A stretch of DNA of 64,000 bases from a bacterium (GCA_043802745.1 JAZDKU010000015.1:1358-65357); one strand, 5' to 3'; counted from the stretch's first letter, positions 29,570-37,915 are shown. The notes: generated by a model not told the origin, from the sequence alone. A program made the numbers and translations.

Positions 29570-31015
29570 TTAGGCTAGTCTTGGAAACAAAGGTTCGCTT
29601 TTGTTGGTTTTTATTTGTTCTAAAATTTTCTCTGAAGTTTGGGGCATAAAGGGCGCAAGCATCTCAGCGATGCTACAAATAACAAATAACAAATAACAAA
29701 TAACTTTTTCATTTTTAGTTTTTAGTTTTTCATTTCCTTCTTCCCATGGCTTTTCTGTGGCCATTATTTTATCGCAAACCCCGATCAACTCCCAAACAGC
29801 TCCCAAGGCCTCGTCAATTTTTAAATCTTTAAGCGCTATATTGTACTTATCTTTTGCCTGTTTCACCTCGCTTCCGCCCCACTCCTCGGCTTGGGGCCGA
29901 GGGGTGGGACGTAGTGCCTTGTATTTACTTGCAAGAGTTACAACTCTAGCAACCAAATTACCAAGGCCGCTAGCCAAGTCTGAATTATATTTTTCATCCA
30001 AGCGAACAAGCGAAACATCTCCGTCATTGCCAAAGGGAAATTGGGTTAAAAGTAAATACCTAGTAGCATCAACACCATATTTGTCTATTAAATCATTGGG
30101 GTCAACCACATTGCCGATTGTTTTGGACATTTTTTGGCCATCAATAGTGAAATAACCATGGCAAAAAACCTGTTTTGGCAACTGGTCAACAGCGTCTTCG
30201 CCATAATAAGCTAGCAACAAGGCTGGCCACATAATACAATGAAATTTTAGAATATCACGGCCGACTAATTGCAAGTCCATTGGCCAAAATTCAGTTTTGC
30301 CTAAATTCTGCAGAGCAGTCCAATAATTAAGCAAAGCGTCTACCCACACATAAATTGTCTGGCTTTCCTCCCATGGCAACTTAATGCCCCAAGAAACGCT
30401 TTTACGAGAAATAGAAATATCGTCAAGCCCCTGCTTTATCACGCCCAAAACCTCGCTTTTAGCATTTTCTGGCATTATTAAAATTTTATCTTGTTCTATT
30501 AGTTCTTGAATCTTTGGCAATAATTGCCTTAACTTAAAAAACCAATTCTCTTCAGCCACGTCTTGGGGCTCACATTTATGGTCTGGGCATTTGCCCTCAA
30601 CCAGATCTTTATCAGTCACAAACTTTTCACAACCCACACAATACTTGCCCGCATACTCGCCCTCATAAACAAAACCATTATTTTTTAATACTGTTAAAAA
30701 TTCCTGCACTTTTTCCTCGTGCGGTTTGTCCGTGGTGCGAATAAAGTATGAGTAGTCAATGTTTAAATTTTCCCAAGCTTTTTTAAATAAATCTGAAACT
30801 TCATCGCAAAATTCTTTTGGGGTTTTGTTGGCTTTTTGGCTAGCTTCAAAAATTTTAGCCCCATGCTCATCAGTGCCTGTTAGGAAAAAGACCTCTTTAC
30901 CGCCTATCTTATGATAGCGAGTCAAAACATCAACTGCCAAAGTAGTATAGGCATGGCCCAGATGTGGGCGTGAGTTCACATAATATATTGGGGTGGTTAA
31001 GTAAATTTTATTCAT
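29570..31015 (-). CDS. metG: Methionine--tRNA ligase (short form)
   Basis: TTPIYYVN..HLGHAY, YVWVDAL and KMSKTIGN motifs. Confidence 0.96.
   Translation of the reverse strand: MNKIYLTTPIYYVNSRPHLGHAYTTLAVDVLTRYHKIGGKEVFFLTGTDEHGAKIFEASQKANKTPKEFCDEVSDLFKKAWENLNIDYSYFIRTTDKPHEEKVQEFLTVLKNNGFVYEGEYAGKYCVGCEKFVTDKDLVEGKCPDHKCEPQDVAEENWFFKLRQLLPKIQELIEQDKILIMPENAKSEVLGVIKQGLDDISISRKSVSWGIKLPWEESQTIYVWVDALLNYWTALQNLGKTEFWPMDLQLVGRDILKFHCIMWPALLLAYYGEDAVDQLPKQVFCHGYFTIDGQKMSKTIGNVVDPNDLIDKYGVDATRYLLLTQFPFGNDGDVSLVRLDEKYNSDLASGLGNLVARVVTLASKYKALRPTPRPQAEEWGGSEVKQAKDKYNIALKDLKIDEALGAVWELIGVCDKIMATEKPWEEGNEKLKTKNEKVICYLLFVICSIAEMLAPFMPQTSEKILEQIKTNKSEPLFPRLA
29675..29735. repeat. Two back-to-back in-frame heptamer arrays in metG
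   Basis: (ACAAATA)x4 followed by TTTTTCA TTTTTAG TTTTTAG TTTTTCA. Encodes NEKLKTKNEKVICYLLFVIC. Confidence 0.8.
29873..29911. repeat. In-frame palindromic element in metG (RPTPRPQAEEWGG)
   Basis: Same 13-aa peptide and near-identical DNA as topA 21821-21859. Confidence 0.9.
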
Positions 31016-31052
31016 AAATCTACTCTACCACACTTCTCCCCAAATTTTAACC

Positions 31053-31129
31053 TTGACAAACCCACTAATAATTGTGTAGTATTAAATAATTTTAAAACTC
31101 TCTACCAAATATTTTTTATTTACAGGAGG
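31053..31129 (+). promoter_or_regulatory. Putative sigma70 promoter and Shine-Dalgarno site
   Basis: TTGACA-18 nt-TAGTAT, then AGGAGG 8 nt before the ATG at 31138. Confidence 0.55.
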
Positions 31130-31137
31130 TTTCGAAA

Positions 31138-31572
31138 ATGTCAAAAAAACTTTTTGTTCTTTTTTTATTTTTCTTTATCTCTTCTACAACGGTCCAACCC
31201 CTAGCTCTAAAGGATTTTAATAGGCTCCCCGAGAATAAAAAAGCAGAAGCTTATTCAAAGTTATCTTTTAAGGACAGAGCGATCGCCTATGAAAAATGGT
31301 TAGGGGAATTAAAGTCCAAAATATCTTACGAAGGCGACCTTCCCTTAACCCCAGTTTCCTTAGTAGAAAAAACAGAGAAAAAAAAGACGGGAGTAAGCGA
31401 AGAAAGGGTGGAAGCAAGCATAATTCCTATAATGCCTGCCCCATCTTCCGCGGACAGCTCCGAGAGCCCCCTTATTTTATACCTCGTTGTATTAATATTC
31501 CTTCTCGCCATGACCATATCTATGGGCACATGGATAAGAAGGAGGTTCTGGGTTGGCTACCATAGGAGATGA
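31138..31572 (+). CDS. Hypothetical protein with signal peptide and C-terminal TM anchor
   Basis: Own promoter and SD, hydrophobic N- and C-terminal segments, downstream AAACAGCAAT/ATTGCTGTTT hairpin. Confidence 0.7.
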   Translation: MSKKLFVLFLFFFISSTTVQPLALKDFNRLPENKKAEAYSKLSFKDRAIAYEKWLGELKSKISYEGDLPLTPVSLVEKTEKKKTGVSEERVEASIIPIMPAPSSADSSESPLILYLVVLIFLLAMTISMGTWIRRRFWVGYHRR

Positions 31573-31657
31573 CCCAGAAAAAACAGCAATTCAGCGGTCG
31601 ATTATTTCACAGGTAATCTACTAATCGATTGCTGTTTTGCTTTTTTACAGAACAATT

Positions 31658-32356
31658 TTATGCGCTAATTTTATTAACTGCTACGACGAATTCTCCTTTT
31701 AGGGGGGATTTTTTTATTGCTTCAATAACTTCGTTGAGAGAGCCGCGGTAGATGGTTTCAAACTTTTTAGTTAGTTCTCTACCCACCACTATTTGCGTTT
31801 TATCTTCTATTCCTGATTCCTGAACCATAAATCCTAATTCATTGAGCGTCTTTATGATGCGATAAGGAGATTCAAAAAATATCACTGAGTGCTTTGAGTT
31901 TATAATTTCTTCAAAAAATTGCTTTCTTTTTTTCTTAATTGGCGGAAAGCCTAGAAACAAAAACTTGTCCATAGGAAACCCGCAAACACTAGCTATAGCT
32001 GTTAATGCCGACGGTCCGGGAATTGGCTCTATTCTAACTTTATCACTCAATGACTTAATGACTTCCCCAACAAGCTGACTGCCTGGGTCAGATATTCCCG
32101 GCGTGCCAGCATCTGAAATTAAAGCTAGATTTTTCCCGTCTTGTAACAAACCTAAAATATAATCAACCTTATCTAACTTAGAATGCTGATGATAAGAAAT
32201 CATTGGCTTTTTAATGCCAAAACGAGTGAGCATTTTTTGGCTCACCCGCGTGTCTTCACATAAAATATAATCAACAGATTTTAAGGTATCCAAGACCCTT
32301 TGGGAAATATCGCTTAAATTCCCAATAGGCGTTCCCACCACATACAAAACAGACAT
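31658..32356 (-). CDS. rsmI: 16S rRNA (C1402-2'-O)-methyltransferase
   Basis: LYVVGTPIGNL, EDTR, SDAGTPGISDPG, ESPYR and RELTK motifs. Confidence 0.96.
   Translation of the reverse strand: MSVLYVVGTPIGNLSDISQRVLDTLKSVDYILCEDTRVSQKMLTRFGIKKPMISYHQHSKLDKVDYILGLLQDGKNLALISDAGTPGISDPGSQLVGEVIKSLSDKVRIEPIPGPSALTAIASVCGFPMDKFLFLGFPPIKKKRKQFFEEIINSKHSVIFFESPYRIIKTLNELGFMVQESGIEDKTQIVVGRELTKKFETIYRGSLNEVIEAIKKSPLKGEFVVAVNKISA
31809..31843. repeat. Degenerate in-frame heptamer array in rsmI
   Basis: ATTCCTG ATTCCTG AACCATA AATCCTA ATTCATT encodes NELGFMVQESGI. Confidence 0.6.
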
Positions 32357-32432
32357 AAAAAAGTGATTGAGTCATTGAGTGACTAAGTGATTAAGCTTCT
32401 TAATCACTTGATGACTTGATGACTTAGTGACT
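32351..32432. repeat. 8-bp-period repeat element upstream of rsmI (copy 2)
   Basis: 44 bp identical to the htpX leader, followed by inverted arm TAATCACT TGATGACT TGATGACT TAGTGACT. Confidence 0.85.
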
Positions 32433-33474
32433 ACCCCTCAGCTTGTTCTGGTAACTCGTGCCTTTGGCGTTTTAATAAATAATCTTTAACAATTTCAAAA
32501 ACCACCCCAGCCAAAGGAATACCAAGTATTGCCCCAGCCGCCCCCCATAACTCCCCGCCAATAGCAAAGGCCACCAACACCAAAACAGGAGACAAACCAA
32601 TAAGTTTTTTAAATATAATAGGAAATAAAATATGGTTTTCTATTTGCTGAATAATAAAGAAGGCTAAAATCACAAAAACTGCCTGGGGAAAAGAAATTAA
32701 AGAAACAACCGAGAATAAAGCAACCCCAGCCACCAATGGCCCGATAAACGGTAGCAAATCCAACACCCCAGCAATAAGGGCTAAAATAAAAGCATACTTT
32801 ACATTTAAAATCATTAAAATAACATACATACCCACCCCAACAAAAGCAATGCCAATCAAGCGGGTAACAAACCAGCCGCTTACTTTCTTTTTTGAGCGCC
32901 TCCACAAGCCAAATAAGTATTCTTTGTATTGGGGGGGTGAAAAAGCGCTAAGAATCTTTTCCACAAAATGCCGCTCTAAAGATATAAAAAATGCCATGGC
33001 CACCACCAGAGCTGTTGAGGCTGCCCCGCCAAAAATACTGGCCAACGCATTGGTAAAGCTCCCCCCAGCGCTGCTTAAGCTTGTTTGCAGGCTACCCATA
33101 AAAACCTTGCTGTTTTTGAAAGAAGTAATCCCCAATTTTTCGAAAAACGGCGAGATCTTTTTTAAGTAAGCTGGCAAATTAGCCACAAACTCTTGAATTT
33201 CATAAAGTAAAATAGGGGCTGTTTTATAAATAAAAAACCCAAGCAAAGCAAAAAACCCAAGGTATAAAACACTGGTAGAAACAATGCGAGGCACCTTTCT
33301 TTTTTGCAAGCCATCAATAGCAAAATTAAACAAAATAGAAATAACCAAGGCAAAAATAAACCAAATAATAATATCTTTCAATATATACAAGACATACAAA
33401 CCCACCACCAAAAGCGTGAGCTTGGCAGCTGATTGCCAATCTAAATGCAAATTGTAAATTTCTTTTTCTTTCAT
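32431..33474 (-). CDS. AI-2E (PerM/YhhT) family transporter
   Basis: LLPFIGP, IQQIENHIL and GAILGIP motifs, multi-TM. Confidence 0.9.
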   Translation of the reverse strand: MKEKEIYNLHLDWQSAAKLTLLVVGLYVLYILKDIIIWFIFALVISILFNFAIDGLQKRKVPRIVSTSVLYLGFFALLGFFIYKTAPILLYEIQEFVANLPAYLKKISPFFEKLGITSFKNSKVFMGSLQTSLSSAGGSFTNALASIFGGAASTALVVAMAFFISLERHFVEKILSAFSPPQYKEYLFGLWRRSKKKVSGWFVTRLIGIAFVGVGMYVILMILNVKYAFILALIAGVLDLLPFIGPLVAGVALFSVVSLISFPQAVFVILAFFIIQQIENHILFPIIFKKLIGLSPVLVLVAFAIGGELWGAAGAILGIPLAGVVFEIVKDYLLKRQRHELPEQAEG

Positions 33475-34736
33475 ACTCTCATTAACTTTTGCAATTGGTT
33501 TTCGTTTTTATGCGGACCAATAATTGATAGATTTAAGCTTTGTTTCTTGAAGATTTCTTTGGCTAGAGCCCTAACTTCGCTTGCTTTTACTTTATCAATT
33601 TTGGCACACTCATCTTTTAATGTCAAAATCTTGCCCGTTAAAAGTTCTTGGCCAGCATAAAAAGAAGCTAGAGCATCCGAACTCTCCAAGCTCAAAGTTA
33701 AATTTCCTTTTAAATAATCTTTGGCTTTTTTAAGCTCGCTTTCTGCCACAGTTACTTGAGCTAAATTTTTATATTCTTTTAAAATCATGGCAATAGCTTT
33801 AGCTAAAGCAGTGTGGGGCACTCCAGCTTGAGTAACCAAATAACCGCTATCAGTAAAACTTTCCGCATCTGTTTTAATATAATAAGCCAATCCATTTTTT
33901 TCCCGCACCTTAATGAAAAGTCGAGAGCTCATATTGCCCCCCAAGATAGTGGCCAATACTTCTTGCACATAAATTTTAGGACTAAACAAATCAAAAGCCC
34001 TAACCCCTAAGCAAAAATGAGTTTGGTCTGTTTCTTTAAACTTTAAATGCATTTGTGGCTCTTTTTGCCCCTCAACAACCCTTATTTTCCCTTCTGGTCT
34101 TTGCTTGTTGATAACTCTAAACTTTCTTTTGATGTCTTCTGTCATTTTAACTTGGTTAAAATTACCAGAAACGCAAACAATTGTATTGCTGGCAGAATAA
34201 TGGTTTTTAATATAATCAATAAAATCTTTTCTTTGAACTTTTTTTAAATTATCTTTAGTACCTATAATTTCCCAGCCAGCTGGCTGGTCACCATACAAGA
34301 GCGTTTCAAATAAATCTCTTATATGCCTCACTGGCGTATCTAAATACATATTTAACTCTTCAATAATAACGCCTCGCTCTTTCTCTATTTCTTTGCTATC
34401 AATTTTAGAGTTTAAAAAAATATCTGAAACCCAATCCAAGGCCAAATCAGTATGTTTGGAATCAACTTTAGCAAAATAGCCAGTGTATTCTTTGCTGGTA
34501 AAAGCATTGTAAAAACCGCCCACCCTATCTAAGGTTTCAGAAATTGCCAAAGTGTTTGGCCTTTTTTTTGTGCCTTTAAAAAACATATGCTCCACAAAAT
34601 GAGAAATGCCATTATTCTTCTTATTTTCATACTTACTGCCAGCCCCTACCACAGCCAAAACCGTAACAGCTTGAGTGTTTTTATTGGGCACCAACATTAT
34701 ACGCAAACCATTATCTAAAATTATTTTTTTATACAT
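33471..34736 (-). CDS. M16 (pitrilysin) family zinc peptidase
   Basis: Inverted zinc motif HFVEHMFFKGT, NAFTS, SSRLF..VRE..GLAY. Start set at MYKK. Confidence 0.92.
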   Translation of the reverse strand: MYKKIILDNGLRIMLVPNKNTQAVTVLAVVGAGSKYENKKNNGISHFVEHMFFKGTKKRPNTLAISETLDRVGGFYNAFTSKEYTGYFAKVDSKHTDLALDWVSDIFLNSKIDSKEIEKERGVIIEELNMYLDTPVRHIRDLFETLLYGDQPAGWEIIGTKDNLKKVQRKDFIDYIKNHYSASNTIVCVSGNFNQVKMTEDIKRKFRVINKQRPEGKIRVVEGQKEPQMHLKFKETDQTHFCLGVRAFDLFSPKIYVQEVLATILGGNMSSRLFIKVREKNGLAYYIKTDAESFTDSGYLVTQAGVPHTALAKAIAMILKEYKNLAQVTVAESELKKAKDYLKGNLTLSLESSDALASFYAGQELLTGKILTLKDECAKIDKVKASEVRALAKEIFKKQSLNLSIIGPHKNENQLQKLMRV

Positions 34737-34742
34737 AGAATT

Positions 34743-34774
34743 AATTTTCAATTTACGAATTTTCAATTTTCAAA
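34743..34774. repeat. Heptamer array overlapping the prmC stop codon
   Basis: AATTTTC AATTTAC GAATTTTC AATTTTC, the same unit as the recO insert. Confidence 0.65.
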
Positions 34775-35502
34775 TATCGCCATTTGCCGAATTGGTCCTT
34801 GTTAAAATTATATTTCTGGTACCCAAATTTCTTTAAAAGTTTTTCAATCTCTTTTTTTTGATTATAGCCAAATTCTAAATAAATAACACCTTCTGGGGCT
34901 AAATAATTTTTAGCTTGGCTTAAAAACTTTTTTATAAAAAATAAACCTCTATCTTTTGCGAATAAGGCCTGCTTTGGTTCAAAATTCAAAACCGACTTCT
35001 GCACTTTACTCTTCTCGCCAAGCCCAATATACGGAGGATTAGCTAAAATTACATCATATTTGCTGCTGAAGTTTGACTTCAGCAGCCCTTCAAAGACATT
35101 GGATTTTATAACACGGTACCTTTTTTTATCAATTCCATTCAGTTTTAAATTAAACCGAATTTGCTTTAAACAATTATCATCAATATCCGCAAAATCGCAA
35201 TGGCTATTAGGAGCATTCTTTAAAACCGCAATCCCACAACACCCAGAACCCGCGAATATATCTAAATATTTACACCGGTCTGACCGGTGTAAACTTATCG
35301 CTTCGCCAACCCAGTACTCTGTCTCATCTCTTGGGATAAGTGGCTTGTAGCGCAAATCAATTTTACAAGCCAAAAAATTCTTGTGGCTAATCACATAATC
35401 CACTGGTTCACCTTTTTCCAACCGAGTTATATCCTTTTTCGCCTTATCCGTCAACCGCCCCCCATATTTCTCATTTAACAGCCAAACCACCTCTTGTTTC
35501 AT
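34753..35502 (-). CDS. prmC: Release-factor glutamine methyltransferase PrmC/HemK (short form)
   Basis: GEPVDY, LIPRDETE, LDIFAGSG and NPPY motifs. Confidence 0.9.
   Translation of the reverse strand: MKQEVVWLLNEKYGGRLTDKAKKDITRLEKGEPVDYVISHKNFLACKIDLRYKPLIPRDETEYWVGEAISLHRSDRCKYLDIFAGSGCCGIAVLKNAPNSHCDFADIDDNCLKQIRFNLKLNGIDKKRYRVIKSNVFEGLLKSNFSSKYDVILANPPYIGLGEKSKVQKSVLNFEPKQALFAKDRGLFFIKKFLSQAKNYLAPEGVIYLEFGYNQKKEIEKLLKKFGYQKYNFNKDQFGKWRYLKIENS
35062..35086. repeat. 25-bp palindrome inside prmC (LLKSNFSS)
   Basis: GCTGCTGAAGT-TTG-ACTTCAGCAGC, 11-bp perfect arms. Confidence 0.7.
35269..35293. repeat. 25-bp palindrome inside prmC (LHRSDRCK)
   Basis: TTTACACCGGTC-T-GACCGGTGTAAA, 12-bp perfect arms. 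Confidence 0.75.
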
Positions 35503-36236
35503 AGTTTTTTAGATATAAACCAAAACCATTTTTTGAAGCTTTCGGATAAATCCTTATCTTTCAAAATAAAAATAGTAGCATCATCTTTCATTTTTGCCAA
35601 TGTAACTCCCGAAAACATAACCGTATAACTGCCAAATATTAATAGGGCAGAATTAGTAGAACACTCCTTCGGAAAAAACTTATGTGGCAAAGAATAATAT
35701 TTCAAAATATCTTGCCCCTTGCTCCTCACTTCAATATCAAAAATACAATGGAATTTAATGCCCTTTATTTTCGCTTCCTTAAAAAATTGCTCGCTAAACA
35801 GCCTGATTCGCTGGTCAAACCATATTAATTTTCCACCGATGAAGTAAACATCTTCACCCAACCTTAAAATTTCCCTCATATAATTTTTTAACCCATTGAT
35901 ACCCCTGTAAATATACGCTCCCTGGCCCTCTTTTCTAGACTGATATTTTTCTTTCAATGTCGGCAAAATATTTAATAATTTTACCTCTTTTTCTTTCATA
36001 ATCTCAACAAGCCTGTCGGGATTTATCGGACAGTAAACGCTTTCCTTATCGCTTAGTATAGAAAAAACAAAGCCCTTTTCGTTAAGGCGTTTAATTGCGT
36101 CGTAAACATTTCGCCTATGAATGCTAGTTTTATTGGTTATTGCGCTTACCCCAGCCTCTCCCAACTCCAAAAGAGCCTCGTATATCTTTGCTTCGTTTGA
36201 TGACAAACCAAATTCTTGTAAAATTTTTGTAACCAT
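35499..36236 (-). CDS. TrmB-family transcriptional regulator
   Basis: GLSSNEAKIYEALL..IHRRNVYDAIKRL wHTH and YRGINGL. Confidence 0.85.
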   Translation of the reverse strand: MVTKILQEFGLSSNEAKIYEALLELGEAGVSAITNKTSIHRRNVYDAIKRLNEKGFVFSILSDKESVYCPINPDRLVEIMKEKEVKLLNILPTLKEKYQSRKEGQGAYIYRGINGLKNYMREILRLGEDVYFIGGKLIWFDQRIRLFSEQFFKEAKIKGIKFHCIFDIEVRSKGQDILKYYSLPHKFFPKECSTNSALLIFGSYTVMFSGVTLAKMKDDATIFILKDKDLSESFKKWFWFISKKL

Positions 36237-36402
36237 AAATAAATTTTTAATTCAAGCAAAGCATACACCCTTACCCAAAAACCGTCAAGGTAGCTACCGT
36301 CACCACAGGGCTTTCTTGACTACTCTAAAAACCGAAGCGTAAGCTTGGAGTTGATACAGATGTTTAAAAACTAAATTTCTAAAACACAATGGAGGTAAAA
36401 AA

Positions 36403-37536
36403 ATGAATAACCCTTTATCAGTAAAAATTGAGAACAGGATATTTGTGACCGACTCATCGGAATCGAACGACGAAAAGTATGAGAAACCATTACTAAAGCT
36501 TTTTGAAGATATTAATACAGATATTTGCGAGGGGTCACATCTTTTACGACTAGATCCAGAGAACGCGGATAATCAATCTATTTATAAAGCCTATGGGATA
36601 GACATTGATTATCTGCAAACTAAAACCCACGAGTTTGAAAAGTGGGTTTTTAATGCTGTTTTTTGCTCCATAGTTGCCAGTTCAAGTGGAAAAAAAGCCA
36701 AAAATAACATCAGCAACCCACAAAAAATGCTGACTATGGAATTGATTAAGACAGACCTTCCAAGATTAGACAATAATCAGTTCATAATGTTAGGCTACCA
36801 ACAAAGCCAAAAAATACCAAAAGAGCTAATAACCGATTTACAACAGCAGTATAAAAACGCTGTTAACCATATGGTAAGAATGTGGATGATGTGGCTAGAA
36901 AAGCTAGTGGAAGCAAAGCACATCGGATTAACTCAATGGCCACACAAAGATTCAGCCTCTTGCCTTTTTTATTTTTTCCGTAAATCTCAAGGGGAAAAAA
37001 CCAGTGAAGTAGAGAAAAAAACTACTCTCAAATCAGTAGTCAAGGAAGAAGTTTCAAAGACTATAAATACTACTTCCATAATTAATGAAAGGCATGTACA
37101 TCATCTGGTTGAGGCAAAAATCTCAAGCTTGTCGGATTACCAGAAAATACCGAGATTTGTAAGATTTTTTTTGAATTCTACCCCAAAGTGGATCAAAAAA
37201 TACCTTATGGTTATAGATGGAGTGGCAACAATGGAAGAAATAGACAAAATTGAGAACATAGGCGAAATCTCTGAAGTTGTTGTCAACCGCAAAAGGTCTC
37301 TGTTTCTGCCCGACCCTGCCGTTACATTTGGCCCTTTCGTATTGACAGCTTGGAATTCAAAAGATTTTAAGGAAGAGCCACACGATCCATTTCCTATCCA
37401 CTTTGTCAATGTCAAGCTACGAAAAAGATTGGTGTATTTCCTTACATTACCACTCTCTTTTATCTTTTTAGCGTTAACTATTTTATCACTTGTATACCCA
37501 GCAATACCCCAATGGATAATTGAGTTATTCCGCTAA
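36403..37536 (+). CDS. Hypothetical protein with C-terminal TM helix
   Basis: 377-aa ORF with strong SD GGAGG and a downstream hairpin. No family recognised. Confidence 0.75.
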   Translation: MNNPLSVKIENRIFVTDSSESNDEKYEKPLLKLFEDINTDICEGSHLLRLDPENADNQSIYKAYGIDIDYLQTKTHEFEKWVFNAVFCSIVASSSGKKAKNNISNPQKMLTMELIKTDLPRLDNNQFIMLGYQQSQKIPKELITDLQQQYKNAVNHMVRMWMMWLEKLVEAKHIGLTQWPHKDSASCLFYFFRKSQGEKTSEVEKKTTLKSVVKEEVSKTINTTSIINERHVHHLVEAKISSLSDYQKIPRFVRFFLNSTPKWIKKYLMVIDGVATMEEIDKIENIGEISEVVVNRKRSLFLPDPAVTFGPFVLTAWNSKDFKEEPHDPFPIHFVNVKLRKRLVYFLTLPLSFIFLALTILSLVYPAIPQWIIELFR

Positions 37537-37540
37537 TTTA

Positions 37541-37581
37541 AATTCCCGCAACTATTAGAACTATTAGTAGTTACGGGAATT
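37541..37581 (+). terminator. Hairpin terminator after 36403..37536
   Basis: AATTCCCGCAACTA/TAGTTACGGGAATT arms (13/14) followed by Ts. Confidence 0.65.
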
Positions 37582-37673
37582 TTCTATTAGTAAAAGATAA
37601 AAATACTAGAACAAATTATTCAATTCTGAGACGGTCGTCGCAAAAGTGAATAAAATTAATACACATTAAAATC

Positions 37674-37705
37674 AAAAATCCTCCCTCGATAATCTTAGGA
37701 GAATT
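37674..37705 (-). terminator. Putative terminator downstream of the tRNA-like gene
   Basis: Minus strand AATTCTCCT..GGGAGGATT followed by TTT (stem needs G-U pairs). Confidence 0.5.
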
Positions 37706-37712
37706 CTTGATG

Positions 37713-37799
37713 CGGAGGTCGGTGGAGTCGGACCACATCCCGCAAAGCGGGACCAATCGGTTATCAATCGATGATCAGATCCGTCTGATTTCGGCCTCC
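37713..37799 (-). tRNA. Non-canonical 8/4 cloverleaf (allo-tRNA-like) with anticodon GAU and Ser/Sec-like body
   Basis: GGAGGCCG AA ATCAGA-CGGA-TCTGAT C ATCGA-TTGATAA-CCGAT TGG TCCCGC-TTT-GCGGGA T GTGG-TCCGACT-CCAC CGACCTCC G. All five arms fall in tRNA order. Two C-A mismatches and a C at T-loop position 55. Confidence 0.72.
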
Positions 37800-37816
37800 C
37801 GCACCTCCGCAATTTA

Positions 37817-37844
37817 ATTTTATATTTTTTAAAAACAAAAGCAA
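37817..37844 (-). promoter_or_regulatory. Putative promoter P2 for the tRNA-like gene
   Basis: TTGCTT-16 nt-TAAAAT, overlapping the upstream terminator. Predicted start ~37810. Confidence 0.45.
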
Positions 37845-37873
37845 CATCTTCATTTCTGCAGATGTTGCTTTTG
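37831..37873 (-). terminator. Intrinsic terminator of the small RNA
   Basis: CAAAAGCAACATCT-10 nt-AGATGTTGCTTTTG perfect stem, then TTTTT on the minus strand. Confidence 0.8.
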
Positions 37874-37910
37874 GTTCCGTTAACGGGTATGTGACATCGA
37901 TTGATAACCA
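37831..37910 (-). ncRNA. Putative ~80-nt small RNA antisense to the anticodon arm of the downstream tRNA-like RNA
   Basis: Lies between a consensus promoter and a 14-bp terminator. Its 5' GGTTATCAATCGATG (37909-37895) is the exact complement of the tRNA-like nt 37773-37759. Confidence 0.65.
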
Positions 37911-37915
37911 TTTAC

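Noticed and set aside
37713-37799. Interpretation as tRNA-Sec, canonical tRNA-Ile, 6S or SRP RNA
   Set aside because: The anticodon is GAU rather than UCA and the geometry is 8/4 rather than 8/5. tRNA-Ile has A73 and no long variable arm. There is no SRP GGAA/AGCAG motif and it is too short for 6S.
37710-37817. 35-aa plus-strand ORF (MRRSVESDHIPQSGTNRLSIDDQIRLISASRTSAI) with AGGAG 8 nt upstream, considered as a type I toxin
   Set aside because: Not hydrophobic, exactly antisense to the cloverleaf, and the apparent SD is one arm of the minus-strand terminator. Not fully excluded.
37672-37911. 79-aa minus-strand ORF from the ORF track
   Set aside because: It crosses a strong intrinsic terminator and the cloverleaf and has no recognisable protein features.
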